Origin: an uncultured virus (IMG/VR IMGVR_UViG_3300000117_000018)
Lineage: Duplodnaviria; Heunggongvirae; Uroviricota; Caudoviricetes
Strand: one strand, 5' to 3'
DNA: 64,000 nt
IMG/VR virus record: IMGVR_UViG_3300000117_000018
Shown here: piece by piece, positions 46,396-56,274 of the stretch
How positions within the stretch are numbered: position 1 is the stretch's first letter
How the letters are laid out: each line of letters starts with the position of its first letter
Position numbers and translations under genes: made by a program
Notes under the pieces: generated by a model
Seen by the model: only the letters and a program-made list of their open reading frames with translations
What the model was told of the DNA's origin: nothing
The model's database searches: none

Positions 46396-47451
46396 ATGTC
46401 GATTATGGACAAACTAAAAAAGAATTCCAAGATCAAAGAAACAAATGTTCTTGCTGATTCTATCTACTTTAAAGACAAAGCGCAAGTAGCAACTGATGTA
46501 CCTATGATTAATGTAGCGCTTTCAGGTGATATGGATGGCGGGTTATCATCTGGTCTTACAGTACTTGCTGGCCCGTCAAAACACTTTAAGACATCATTTG
46601 CTTTGGTTATGGCTTCAGCTTATCTTAAGAAACATAAGGATGCGATTATGCTATTCTATGATTCTGAGTTTGGCTCACCACAGTCTTACTTTGAAGCTTT
46701 TGGTATTGATACATCTAGGGTATTGCATACTCCTATTACAGATGTAGAAAAACTCAAGTTTGATATTATTGGTCAGCTTGAAAACATCGAACGTGATGAT
46801 AAGGTTATTATTGTTATTGATTCAATTGGTAACTTGGCATCTAAAAAAGAACTTGAAGATGCAATCAATGAGAAATCAGTTACAGATATGTCAAGGGCTA
46901 AAGCTCTTAAAGGTCTATTCCGTATGGTAACACCTTATCTTACTATGAGGGATGTTCCTCTCTTGGCAGTGAACCACACTTACATGAGCTTGGAAATGTT
47001 CTCTAAAGCTACTGTTTCTGGTGGTACTGGTATCTATTACAGTGCGGATAACATTTGGATTATTGGAAGACAGCAAGATAAACAAGGCACTGAAATTAAA
47101 GGATACCATTTCATTGTTAACATCGAGAAATCGCGTTTTGTACGAGAAAAGTCTAAAGTCCCTATCTCAGTTTCTTGGGAAGGTGGGATCGAGCGTTGGA
47201 GTGGTCTGCTTGATGTTGGCCTTGCCGGTAATTATGTTGCTAAGCCTTCTAATGGTTGGTACTGTCGTGTTGATCGTAGCACTGGCGAGCTTGTGGATCC
47301 CAAGTTCAGAGAAAAAGATACTTTAACCGAAGAGTTTTGGAAACCTATTCTTGAAGATACTGACTTTAAAGAATATATAAAGTCAAAGTATCAAATTGGT
47401 TTGATCCCTATGGATGATACTGAACTAAATATTGAAGAGGTACCTGCATGA
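46396..47451 (+). CDS. uvsX: Recombinase UvsX
   Basis: AGPSKHFKT, YDSEFG, DSIGNLAS, GGTGIYYSAD. Confidence 0.96.
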   Translation: MSIMDKLKKNSKIKETNVLADSIYFKDKAQVATDVPMINVALSGDMDGGLSSGLTVLAGPSKHFKTSFALVMASAYLKKHKDAIMLFYDSEFGSPQSYFEAFGIDTSRVLHTPITDVEKLKFDIIGQLENIERDDKVIIVIDSIGNLASKKELEDAINEKSVTDMSRAKALKGLFRMVTPYLTMRDVPLLAVNHTYMSLEMFSKATVSGGTGIYYSADNIWIIGRQQDKQGTEIKGYHFIVNIEKSRFVREKSKVPISVSWEGGIERWSGLLDVGLAGNYVAKPSNGWYCRVDRSTGELVDPKFREKDTLTEEFWKPILEDTDFKEYIKSKYQIGLIPMDDTELNIEEVPA

Positions 47452-47786
47452 CCGTAACGGTTGATGATTATACCTTTGCTGAAGCAGATCAAGATGACCA
47501 GTGGGCTGTTCGTCTTCGATCTCGCTTTCCGGGTGTAACATACATCTATGGAAAAATACAAGTCAAAGAGCATGCCGACGGTTCTGCATCAATTGACTTT
47601 AAGTATAAAATAGTAGATGCTGGTGAGTTCGAAGCTGATGACCTTGAGCAGTCTGATGAATTTCGAAATTACTTGGGCGAAGTACTCCAGCATATAATTG
47701 AAGACGCATTTGATAATGGGAAAGCACAAATAAATGATCGAAGCAAACATACAACAAACGATAATTCGGAATCTTCTATCCAATGA
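47448..47786 (+). CDS. Hypothetical protein (gp40 position)
   Basis: 112 aa between uvsX and gp41. Confidence 0.6.
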   Translation: MTVTVDDYTFAEADQDDQWAVRLRSRFPGVTYIYGKIQVKEHADGSASIDFKYKIVDAGEFEADDLEQSDEFRNYLGEVLQHIIEDAFDNGKAQINDRSKHTTNDNSESSIQ

Positions 47787-49110
47787 AGAGTATCTCCGAA
47801 AAGTAATACCATTCCTAAAGAAAGAATACTTTGAAGCTGAATACAAAAACGTATTCAATGAGATTGTATCTTTCGTTAGTAAGTATAACAAACTTCCTAC
47901 TAAGGAAACCCTTACACTTGATATGACTAACAATGGATCCTTTGATCCTGCGGCAGAACTTGTCGATCTTGTGTTTACACCTGAAAAGGTAAATGATGAT
48001 TGGCTAATTGATAACACTGAAAAGTGGTGTCAGGATAGAGCTATCTATCTAGCCATTATGGAATCCATCAACATTATTGATGGTAAACATCAGAGTCTGA
48101 CGAAACAAGCGTTACCTGAAATATTGTCTGATGCATTGGGCGTATGCTTCGATACCAATGTAGGTCATGACTATATTGATAACTCAGATGAACGTTTTGA
48201 ATTCTACCATACTGTAGAAGATCGTCTACCGTTTGATTTGGAGAATTTTAATGCCATTACAAAAGGTGGTCTCCCAAATAAGACTCTGAATGTTGCACTG
48301 GCCGGTACCGGTGTGGGTAAGTCTCTCTTCATGTGTCATGTTGGAGCTGGTGCTCTAATGCAAGGTAAGAACGTTCTCTATATTACTATGGAAATGTCTG
48401 AAGAACGTATTGCTGAGCGTATTGATGCTAACTTGTTCAATTTGCCCATTGATCAGTTAGAGAAACTAAACAAACAAATGTTTGACAATAAGATTGCTAA
48501 GATTGCTCAAAAGAATATTGGTAAGCTTATTGTAAAAGAATATCCCACCGGTGCCGCTCATACTGGCCACTTTCGTGCTTTATTGAATGAACTAAAACTA
48601 AAGAAAGACTTTATCCCAAATATTATCTTTATTGATTATTTGAATATATGTTCTTCATCTCGTATGAAAGGTCTTGGTGGATCTATNAATACNTACTCTT
48701 ATATNAANTCTATTGCTGAAGAAATGCGTGGTTTGGCTGTTGAGTTCAATGTACCTATTATGACTGCTACTCAAACTACTCGTTCTGGTTTCTCTAATAC
48801 CGATGTTGGATTGGAAGATACTTCTGAATCATTTGGTTTGCCAGCCACAGCCGATCTTATGTTTGCTTTGGTATCTACCGAAGAACTTGATAAGCTAGGT
48901 CAAATCATGGTCAAACAGCTAAAGAATCGTTACAATGATCCAACATATAAGAAAAGGTTTGTGGTTGGTGTTGATCGTGCTAAGATGAGGCTATATGATG
49001 TAGAAGAATCTGCTCAAACTCTAACCGACGATATCCCAGTATTTGACAATTCTGATTCGGGTAAATCAATCAAAACTGAGCGAAAAGACTACTCTGACTT
49101 CAAGGTTTAG
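47734..49110 (+). CDS. gp41: Replicative helicase gp41
   Basis: AGTGVGKS, EMSEERI, IDYLNI, SESFGLP, KQLKNRY; four Ns near 48687-48708. Confidence 0.96.
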   Translation: MIEANIQQTIIRNLLSNEEYLRKVIPFLKKEYFEAEYKNVFNEIVSFVSKYNKLPTKETLTLDMTNNGSFDPAAELVDLVFTPEKVNDDWLIDNTEKWCQDRAIYLAIMESINIIDGKHQSLTKQALPEILSDALGVCFDTNVGHDYIDNSDERFEFYHTVEDRLPFDLENFNAITKGGLPNKTLNVALAGTGVGKSLFMCHVGAGALMQGKNVLYITMEMSEERIAERIDANLFNLPIDQLEKLNKQMFDNKIAKIAQKNIGKLIVKEYPTGAAHTGHFRALLNELKLKKDFIPNIIFIDYLNICSSSRMKGLGGSXNXYSYXXSIAEEMRGLAVEFNVPIMTATQTTRSGFSNTDVGLEDTSESFGLPATADLMFALVSTEELDKLGQIMVKQLKNRYNDPTYKKRFVVGVDRAKMRLYDVEESAQTLTDDIPVFDNSDSGKSIKTERKDYSDFKV

Positions 49111-49133
49111 TAAAAAAAATTAAATTATTTTAT

Positions 49134-49170
49134 AAGTGATTGTAATCGCAACAGGATTACTTTCACTTTT
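49134..49170 (+). terminator. Imperfect inverted repeat after gp41 (terminator or operator)
   Basis: AAGTGA..GTAATC / GATTAC..TCACTT followed by T's. Confidence 0.4.
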
Positions 49171-49173
49171 TCC

Positions 49174-49202
49174 TTTACAATTGTTGAAAAGTATGATATA
49201 AT
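49174..49202 (+). promoter_or_regulatory. Early promoter
   Basis: TTTACA-17-TATAAT. Confidence 0.8.
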
Positions 49203-49235
49203 ATACTTACAAAATGGAAAAAGGAAGGAAATAAT

Positions 49236-49550
49236 ATGATTAAAGTTTACCAAATTAAAGACCAAAAAGCCATCTACCCAGATGTATCATTTACGTATGG
49301 TATGAGTAAGTTTCAGCCTAAAGATCACTTTGACAAATATGTCCACGTTGCTGATCTAGATGTTGCTACTCTTGATGATGCATTCGAGGTTGGCAATATT
49401 GGTCCTGAAGAAAAAATTACCCGTCATAACAAAATGAGTTCAGTATCAGTCGGAGACATTCTAGTTGATGACCAAGCTGATACATATATTGTAGCTAGTT
49501 TTGGCTTCGATAAAATTGATTGTGACTTTGGATACGCAGAGGTAGAATAA
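49236..49550 (+). CDS. YodL-like domain protein
   Basis: VYQI...Y.HVA....LDDAF..GN...SVSVGDILV. Confidence 0.5.
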   Translation: MIKVYQIKDQKAIYPDVSFTYGMSKFQPKDHFDKYVHVADLDVATLDDAFEVGNIGPEEKITRHNKMSSVSVGDILVDDQADTYIVASFGFDKIDCDFGYAEVE

Positions 49551-49963
49551 TGGAACAAGCTCTTAAAGACTATATTATGAAACAACGTCAGGAAGCTGAG
49601 GAATTCTCTAAGCAGCCTGGATGTTGGATGGGCATGATGCCACATCCTAGTGACAGTAAGTATTGGTCAGATCGAGTTCCTACTGGTACTCTTAAAGAGT
49701 TCAACCGTATTGAACTTGAAGAGGACGCATATTACTGCATTGCAGATGCGTATAGCAAATCCTTTGCTCGTTCTTTAGATTTTTCTAAAATGTCTGATGA
49801 CGAACTAAAGGCTGAAATCGATAGTGCTTGTGAGCACATGGATAATGAACGTAAGTTTTATGAAGAGGAAGAAAGGAAAGCCAAAGAAGAAGAGGCTAAA
49901 CTAGCTGAATCTCTTGGGATTGATATTCCTACACTCCAACGTTGGATTAAGGAGGCTGCATAA
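49550..49963 (+). CDS. Hypothetical protein
   Basis: 137 aa, TAATG coupling. Confidence 0.7.
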   Translation: MEQALKDYIMKQRQEAEEFSKQPGCWMGMMPHPSDSKYWSDRVPTGTLKEFNRIELEEDAYYCIADAYSKSFARSLDFSKMSDDELKAEIDSACEHMDNERKFYEEEERKAKEEEAKLAESLGIDIPTLQRWIKEAA

Positions 49964-50106
49964 TGGTAGATGCACAATGGCAAAAGCGCGTTGAAAACGT
50001 TATTGAGCTTATTAACTCGCTTGACAAAAAACAAAAGTGGGCTAAAGAGTATTGGACTTTAGTATTACATCAACTGAAAGAAAAAGGAAAACTCATACAT
50101 GACTAA
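49963..50106 (+). CDS. Small hypothetical protein (not in ORF track)
   Basis: SD AAGGAGG, 47 aa MVDAQWQKRV..., fills the gap. Confidence 0.6.
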   Translation: MVDAQWQKRVENVIELINSLDKKQKWAKEYWTLVLHQLKEKGKLIHD

Positions 50107-50515
50107 TCTTGTTGAAGTAACTGGTGGTAACAAATTTCAAAGAGATATTGCCCATAAGACAATAGCTTTTATGATTAAGAAACTAATGCCTCGTATGAGA
50201 ACTCTTGATATTGAGTTAAACATATGTGATATTAAATCTGATGCTGTTGGTTACGCAATGATGACTGATAACAATAGAACATTTGAACTTGAAATTGATA
50301 AGAAGATTAATTTACAAAATTTAGTAACTACTATTTGTCATGAAATGATCCATGTCAAACAGTATGCACGCAATGAGATTAATGGTATTGACCTATGCTG
50401 GAAAGGTAGAAACATTCCAAAAGATACTGACTATTGGAATTTGCCTTGGGAAAAAGAAGCATATCGTTTACAAAAGAAGTATGCTGATGAAATTTGGGAG
50501 TCTGATTTATTATAA
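50099..50515 (+). CDS. HExxH zinc metallopeptidase-like protein
   Basis: TICHEMIHVKQY, PWEKEA. Confidence 0.7.
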   Translation: MTNLVEVTGGNKFQRDIAHKTIAFMIKKLMPRMRTLDIELNICDIKSDAVGYAMMTDNNRTFELEIDKKINLQNLVTTICHEMIHVKQYARNEINGIDLCWKGRNIPKDTDYWNLPWEKEAYRLQKKYADEIWESDLL

Positions 50516-50518
50516 ATA
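50511..50518 (+). promoter_or_regulatory. T4-type late promoter
   Basis: TATAAATA heading the 50.5-57 kb cluster. Confidence 0.75.
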
Positions 50519-50551
50519 TAGTGGATAACACAATAATAGGAATGATATGCA

Positions 50552-51562
50552 ATGCTCAGTTTCAAGAGGTTTTTAATGGAAAGTTATGTCCCACTTTCAG
50601 CAGATCAACTTTTAAAGCCTGGACGAGAAGGAAGGGCAACTACTTTAATTAAAAAAATTCAAGACGGTGATCCATTTCTGTTATATAAGGATAACGCTAA
50701 AACTGTCGTTCTTAAAAAGGGCGACTCATTGAATATGTATAAAAAGGCACTTGATGCAGGCGATAAGAAAACTATGAACGCCATAGGGTTTCCGGCCTCT
50801 GACGGTAAAGAATATACACTTAAAGATCTAGCTAAATCACCAGAATTTGGTGGTAAAGGATCTGGCTCTGGCACAAAGGGCGAAGATGCTGCTTTAAGTG
50901 ATCTCAAAGATAAGTACATGAAGATTTTAGAAAAAGAATCTGTACCTTTCATCTATGTCAAAATTGGTAAAAAAACTGAAAAGGTTGGAGGTATTGAATC
51001 TACACCGGGTGTTCCTAAATCTGACTTTCATATGTTAGATCCAGAAAAGAACGAAGTCTTTTGGATCTCTCATAAACTAGGCAGTAAAGCAAATGACTTT
51101 CAGCAGTATGGTGGAATGCCAGAGCTTAAATTTACAAACTCAAAAGACATGCTTAAGTTTGTAGATGATGTAAAAAAAGAAGTTAAAGCTTTGACTGGTG
51201 GATCACTACCAATCCTTCCACCCAAGACAGCATTTGCCAGACCTGTTAAAGATAAAAAAATCATAATGATGACTTTGTTTGGTAAGGGTTACAAAAAGAC
51301 TCCAGATAGCAGACAAAATATTGATGTATTATACCAAGGGCCTATGAACTTTAAACGATTAAGCGTAAAAGATGGAATACCAGTTTATACAATCACATCA
51401 AATCATACAGAATTACATGGCTCAATACCTAAAATGGATTATGTACCATACTACTACGTAAGACCTGAGCAAGCAAAAAACCAATTTGGTATCAAAGCTG
51501 CTAGGTTCTTTATTGTAGCCAAACTTACAGCTATTAAAAACAGAAATACTAAGGTAATATAA
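50552..51562 (+). CDS. Late basic protein, candidate capsid-internal, possible nuclease fold
   Basis: N-terminus MLSFKRFLME; PKSDF...ISHK...FQQYGG. Confidence 0.5.
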   Translation: MLSFKRFLMESYVPLSADQLLKPGREGRATTLIKKIQDGDPFLLYKDNAKTVVLKKGDSLNMYKKALDAGDKKTMNAIGFPASDGKEYTLKDLAKSPEFGGKGSGSGTKGEDAALSDLKDKYMKILEKESVPFIYVKIGKKTEKVGGIESTPGVPKSDFHMLDPEKNEVFWISHKLGSKANDFQQYGGMPELKFTNSKDMLKFVDDVKKEVKALTGGSLPILPPKTAFARPVKDKKIIMMTLFGKGYKKTPDSRQNIDVLYQGPMNFKRLSVKDGIPVYTITSNHTELHGSIPKMDYVPYYYVRPEQAKNQFGIKAARFFIVAKLTAIKNRNTKVI

Positions 51563-52806
51563 TGCTAAAAGGCTTTAAAACTCACGTTCTTACAGAACAA
51601 AAAAATACTCACATGATGCACTTGGAAGACCAAGTTATCTATGGTGGAGTCAAAGGCGCAAGGGATGCAATCCTTGCACTACGTTCTTTACGTGATATGT
51701 TAGCTGGCAATGCAAGTAAATCTGTAGACGTTACCGTAAAGTGGGATGGAGCACCAGCAGTATTTGCTGGTAAAGATCCGACTGATGGTCAGTTCTTTGT
51801 AGCTAAAAAGGGAGTCTTTAATAAGGATCCAAAGGTATATAAGTCACATGCCGATATCGATGCAGATACATCAGGGGATTTATCTGATAAATTAAAAGCT
51901 GCTTTTGATGCTTTGAAATCTGCTAACATCAAAGATGTTATTCAGGGAGATATTATGTTTGTCAAAAGTGATCTCAAAAAGGATAAGATCGATGGACAAG
52001 AATATATCACCTTCCACCCGAATACGATTGTTTATGCTGTGCCTGCGGGAACACCAATGGCGAAGGAAATTAGCAAAGCAAAAATTGGAATTGTCTGGCA
52101 CACGACCTACAAAGGAAAAACCTTCGAAGACATGAAAGCTTCTTTTACTGTTGATATGAAACAGTTGAATGGTGCTAAAGGTATGTGGGCACAAGATGCT
52201 ACACTTAGAGATTTATCTGGTACAGTAACTCTTACTAAGAAAGATACTGAAGAAGTTACACAAGCATTAAGTGTTGCTGGTAAGATCTTTAAAAAGATAG
52301 CTTCTTCTACTTTGCGTCAAATAGAACAAAATCAAGATATTGCTAAGATAATAGAGACACACAATAACTCTTATGTTCGTAAAGGACAAAAGGTAGTCAA
52401 TACAACTAAGCATGTTACATCATTGATCAAATATATTAATGATAAATATGGTAAGGAAATAGATAAGAGGTCTAGTGAAAAAGGTAAACAAGTTCAGATT
52501 GCTAAACGAGATGATCTGCTAAAATTCTTTTCACCGGCCAATAAAGCTAACCTAAAACTTATTTTTGATTTGCAAAACGCTATTGTAGATGGGAAATTAA
52601 AACTTATAAATAAACTTAATAGACTAAGTAAAATGAATACGTTTATTAAAAAGAAAAATGGCTACGAAGTAACTGGTGTTGAAGGTTATGTGGCTATTGA
52701 TAAATTGAAAGGTGGAGCGGTAAAGTTAGTAGATAGAATGGAATTTTCTTCTAACAACTTTTCACCGGACGTGATTAAAGGCTGGGACACTGTGTCCCGA
52801 TCCTAA
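51562..52806 (+). CDS. Conserved T4-like hypothetical protein
   Basis: KNTHMMHLED, TVKWDGAPA, EGYVAID, VKLVDRMEFS. Confidence 0.7.
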   Translation: MLKGFKTHVLTEQKNTHMMHLEDQVIYGGVKGARDAILALRSLRDMLAGNASKSVDVTVKWDGAPAVFAGKDPTDGQFFVAKKGVFNKDPKVYKSHADIDADTSGDLSDKLKAAFDALKSANIKDVIQGDIMFVKSDLKKDKIDGQEYITFHPNTIVYAVPAGTPMAKEISKAKIGIVWHTTYKGKTFEDMKASFTVDMKQLNGAKGMWAQDATLRDLSGTVTLTKKDTEEVTQALSVAGKIFKKIASSTLRQIEQNQDIAKIIETHNNSYVRKGQKVVNTTKHVTSLIKYINDKYGKEIDKRSSEKGKQVQIAKRDDLLKFFSPANKANLKLIFDLQNAIVDGKLKLINKLNRLSKMNTFIKKKNGYEVTGVEGYVAIDKLKGGAVKLVDRMEFSSNNFSPDVIKGWDTVSRS

Positions 52807-52820
52807 TGGAAAGAGCGGAA

Positions 52821-53195
52821 ATGATAAAGTTTAAGCAATTTGTTGAAATATATGAAGAGACCTCAGTTGATGAGGCACTCAATGTACAACAACGAATGAA
52901 ATTAAAACAATCCTTGCGTAGAAATAAAGCTAAGATCCAATTGGGTCGTAGGCGTGCTGCGCGTAAGATGGCATCCGCAGAAGTTCTTAAAGGTCGGGCT
53001 CATAAACAAGCTAAGAATCTAATTGTTAAGAAAATTCTGAAGAATAAGCAAAAAGGTGACTTATCTTACGGTTCAAGGGTTAACTTAGAAAAACAAGTAG
53101 CAAAGCGTAAAGGCGCTATTCTACGTTTGGCTAAGAAACTTCTTCCAAAAGTAAGACAAAAGGACCGCACTAAGCTTCAAAATAAGGGGAAGTAG
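52821..53195 (+). CDS. Basic hypothetical protein, candidate capsid-internal
   Basis: MIKFKQFVE leader; K/R-rich. Confidence 0.6.
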   Translation: MIKFKQFVEIYEETSVDEALNVQQRMKLKQSLRRNKAKIQLGRRRAARKMASAEVLKGRAHKQAKNLIVKKILKNKQKGDLSYGSRVNLEKQVAKRKGAILRLAKKLLPKVRQKDRTKLQNKGK

Positions 53196-53196
53196 A

Positions 53197-54411
53197 GTGC
53201 AGTTCAAGTCATTTACACAGTACGTCACCGAAGAAACTAAATCTATCACAGTTGCGTGGGGAAGATATAATCCACCAACCATTGGTCATGAGAAACTTAT
53301 GAAGACTGTAGCCAAGATTGGTAAAGGTGGAACATTCCGTATATACGCATCTCAAACATATCAAAATCAAAAAGATAAAGAAGGTTACTATAAAGACCCT
53401 TTACCTTATAAAGATAAAATTAAAATTATGAGAAAGATGTTTCCTAAGTATGCTAGGAACATTATGTACACACCAAAAATTCGTACCATGTTTGATCTTA
53501 TGAGTACCTTATATAAAGAAGGTTTTACAAATGTAACCATTGTGGCCGGTTCTGACCGAGTTACAGAATATGAGGTTACTTTAAACCGATATAACAATAA
53601 AAAAGGTAAACATGGTTTCTATAATTTTGATGGTGGAGTCAATGCAGTATCAGCCGGTCAAAGAGATCCAGATGGTGAAGGTGCTTCTGGTATGTCAGCC
53701 TCTAAACTAAGAGCAGCTGCAGCAGATAACGACTTTCAAGCATTCTCAAATGGAATGCCAAAAGGAATCAAGGACGCACAAAAACTATTCAATGATGTCC
53801 GTAAAGGTATGGGCCTTAAAGAATCATATGACTATCGTTCACACATTCAACTAGAGCCAGTATCTGAAAAAAGAGAAGAGTATGTAAATGGTGAACTCTA
53901 TAAAGAAGGCGATCTGGTTGTAGTAAAAGAAAATGATCAGATTGGCACAATTCTTTTCTGTGGTTCTAACTACGTACTTGTAGAAATGAATGGTGGTAAA
54001 TACCGTAAATGGATTAATGATATCGAACGTCTTCCTGATGCTATGCAAGTAGAAGGTAAAGAAGATCCAGATATTGGTGATAGGAAAGGCTCACAACCTG
54101 CAATATATCACAAAGGACTGAAAAAATCTACAAAACAAAAAAGAGATGCTCAGTTTAGAAAACAAGCTAAAATGGATGATGATGATCCTTCTGCATATAA
54201 ACCAGCACCTGGTGATAAGGAAGCAAAAACAAAACCATCTAAGCACACTAAAAAATTTAAGCAAATGTATGGTGAACAACAAGTTGACCGCGCTAAAGAT
54301 AAAATTGAACGAGAAAAGAAACGTGATGCTGTCAAACATGATCGTATGTTAGATCGTGCTCGTATCCGTGACACACTTAAAAAGAATAGGGAAACTAATG
54401 CAAAGTCTTAA
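53197..54411 (+). CDS. HxGH-class nucleotidyl(cytidyl)transferase-like protein with C-terminal extra modules
   Basis: GRYNPPTIGHEKL, VAGSDR, SAGQRDPD, MSASKLR. Confidence 0.8.
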   Translation: MQFKSFTQYVTEETKSITVAWGRYNPPTIGHEKLMKTVAKIGKGGTFRIYASQTYQNQKDKEGYYKDPLPYKDKIKIMRKMFPKYARNIMYTPKIRTMFDLMSTLYKEGFTNVTIVAGSDRVTEYEVTLNRYNNKKGKHGFYNFDGGVNAVSAGQRDPDGEGASGMSASKLRAAAADNDFQAFSNGMPKGIKDAQKLFNDVRKGMGLKESYDYRSHIQLEPVSEKREEYVNGELYKEGDLVVVKENDQIGTILFCGSNYVLVEMNGGKYRKWINDIERLPDAMQVEGKEDPDIGDRKGSQPAIYHKGLKKSTKQKRDAQFRKQAKMDDDDPSAYKPAPGDKEAKTKPSKHTKKFKQMYGEQQVDRAKDKIEREKKRDAVKHDRMLDRARIRDTLKKNRETNAKS

Positions 54412-54652
54412 ACAGTATATTTCAGAAAATGCTACAGCTGGTCTGAAGAAAAAAGCTGAAAAATCAGGTATGCCTCTTGGTATTCTTCGTAAAGTCTATA
54501 ATCGTGGTATGGCAGCTTGGAAAACAGGTCACCGTCCAGGGACAACACCACAGCAATGGGGAATGGCTCGTGTCAACTCATTTGTAACAAAATCCTCTGG
54601 AACATGGGGTAAGGCAGATAAAGATCTTGCCGCTAAAGTAAGGGGAAGCTAA
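54398..54652 (+). CDS. Small basic hypothetical protein
   Basis: MQSLKQYISE; VYNRGMAAW..GHRPG..PQQWGMARVNSF. Confidence 0.7.
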   Translation: MQSLKQYISENATAGLKKKAEKSGMPLGILRKVYNRGMAAWKTGHRPGTTPQQWGMARVNSFVTKSSGTWGKADKDLAAKVRGS

Positions 54653-55594
54653 ATGAAAACATTTTTTAAACTATCAAAACAACTCGCTGAAGCAAAAGAC
54701 GAGTTCAAACCACACAAGATGTATGACCCAGAAACTGGTAAGGCATATGATGCTGATACAGAAGCTGATCATCTTCGTATGAAAAAGCTTGGTTATACTC
54801 ATGAAAAGCCAGAAGTTAAAGAAGGCTTTTCACCTAAAGAAATTAAGATGGCTATTGGTATCGCATCCGATCCACGCTATAAAGGTGGTAATATGACTGG
54901 TGCTGTAAGAGCCATTGATAAGATCAAAAAAGGTCTATCTGGTCATAAACAAGTCATGGCTGTTCTTAAGCGTCAGAATGAAGATATTGAAGAGGCTATG
55001 ACACCAAAAGAAAAGGCAGCACACGCAAAAGCATTGGCTGACTTCAAAAAGCGCGGTGGTAAGGTTACTAAACTTCCACCAGGAAAAGCTGCTGGTTGGC
55101 ATGGTAAAGATGATTTTGGTACTGGTCAAAAAGGTATGCTTGGTAAATCTGATACTAGTAAATTTGGTACTAAGAAGAGAGTTAAGTCTATGCGAGCTCA
55201 TGTTGAAAGCACAGACCTTGATGAGAAAGTCTATTCAAAACCAGCTAAACTAGATCCTGCAATTGCTAAAGATCCTAAAGTAAAGGCTGCTCAAAAAGCG
55301 CATGCTAAAGGCGATTGGGATGGAAACGTAGATAAAGAAGGTAACGCTGTTGTTCATGTAAAAGGTAAACCACATACTGTTACTGTCCAAATGGAATCTA
55401 TGAATGAAGCTACTAATATGTATACTGATGACCGTGTAGGTTTTCAAATTGATCGTTTTTCAATGGGTAAAGATAAAGGTGTTGGTTTTCAAATTAACTA
55501 TGGCAAAGGTCGCGGTAAATACATTCAAGTACCAATGGATGATATGAAACGCGTTATTGCTCAAATGACAAAGGCTATGAAAGCTAAAATCTAA
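54653..55594 (+). CDS. Lys-rich multi-module protein, candidate capsid-internal
   Basis: MKTFFKL..LAE leader; modules separated by hydrophobic-x-E sites. Confidence 0.6.
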   Translation: MKTFFKLSKQLAEAKDEFKPHKMYDPETGKAYDADTEADHLRMKKLGYTHEKPEVKEGFSPKEIKMAIGIASDPRYKGGNMTGAVRAIDKIKKGLSGHKQVMAVLKRQNEDIEEAMTPKEKAAHAKALADFKKRGGKVTKLPPGKAAGWHGKDDFGTGQKGMLGKSDTSKFGTKKRVKSMRAHVESTDLDEKVYSKPAKLDPAIAKDPKVKAAQKAHAKGDWDGNVDKEGNAVVHVKGKPHTVTVQMESMNEATNMYTDDRVGFQIDRFSMGKDKGVGFQINYGKGRGKYIQVPMDDMKRVIAQMTKAMKAKI

Positions 55595-55899
55595 TGCAGT
55601 CCTTTGTTGAATATTATGAGATTGGAACAGATGCTTACACTAAGTATACTAAAAAGCATACACCAGGTCAGAATGTTAAAGAAGGCGAAGGTAAATATAA
55701 GGGTGAAACGTGGGAGCAAGGATATAAACGTAGAGTTGTAAAAACCACAGATCCTGAGCATAAAGAAAAAGGCTATAAGTGGAGAATTAAAGGTAAAGAA
55801 AGACCTAACATTTCTATTAAGCTATATAAAGAAAAGCCTTCACAGGCTGAGTATAATAAGCAAATGAGAAGGGTAGCAGGACATGAGTTCGGTGGATAA
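55594..55899 (+). CDS. Basic hypothetical protein
   Basis: MQSFVEYYE leader; TPGQ. Confidence 0.6.
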   Translation: MQSFVEYYEIGTDAYTKYTKKHTPGQNVKEGEGKYKGETWEQGYKRRVVKTTDPEHKEKGYKWRIKGKERPNISIKLYKEKPSQAEYNKQMRRVAGHEFGG

Positions 55900-56245
55900 A
55901 TTTAAGTCTTATAACGAAAAAGAAATCGATAAGATTTGCGAAGACTGTAATATCTATGATGATCTCATTGTAGAAGCTGCAGAGTACAAGGGACGTAAAG
56001 TTAAGTTAAATGATCCAAGTCGATCATCTGATGGTAAAAAGAAATTTTATGTCTATGTCAAAAACGATAAAGGTAATGTGATTAAGCTAGGATTTGGTGA
56101 TCCAAATATGGAAATCAAACGCGATGATCCAGCACGTAGGAAGTCATTTCGTGCACGTCATAACTGCGATAATCCAGGCCCAAAATGGAAAGCAAGGTAT
56201 TGGTCCTGTTATCAGTGGAGAGCTGGTAGTAAGGTCGATAATTAA
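55883..56245 (+). CDS. Conserved basic hypothetical protein
   Basis: EAAEYKGRKV.LN, FGDPNM, RRKSFRARHNC, ARYWSC. Confidence 0.7.
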   Translation: MSSVDKFKSYNEKEIDKICEDCNIYDDLIVEAAEYKGRKVKLNDPSRSSDGKKKFYVYVKNDKGNVIKLGFGDPNMEIKRDDPARRKSFRARHNCDNPGPKWKARYWSCYQWRAGSKVDN

Positions 56246-56274
56246 ATGTAATGCAAATTAAGCAGGAATTAGAT

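Noticed and set aside
48680..48712. Cluster of N bases in gp41 (also near 6269 and 19725) as a variable or recoded site
   Set aside because: Single ambiguous bases that keep the frame; most likely assembly or consensus ambiguity.
53197..54411. Cytidyltransferase as the CDP-inositol donor synthase for the island
   Set aside because: It is HxGH class rather than the IPCT fold, lies in a separate late cluster, and similar genes are common in marine T4-like phages.
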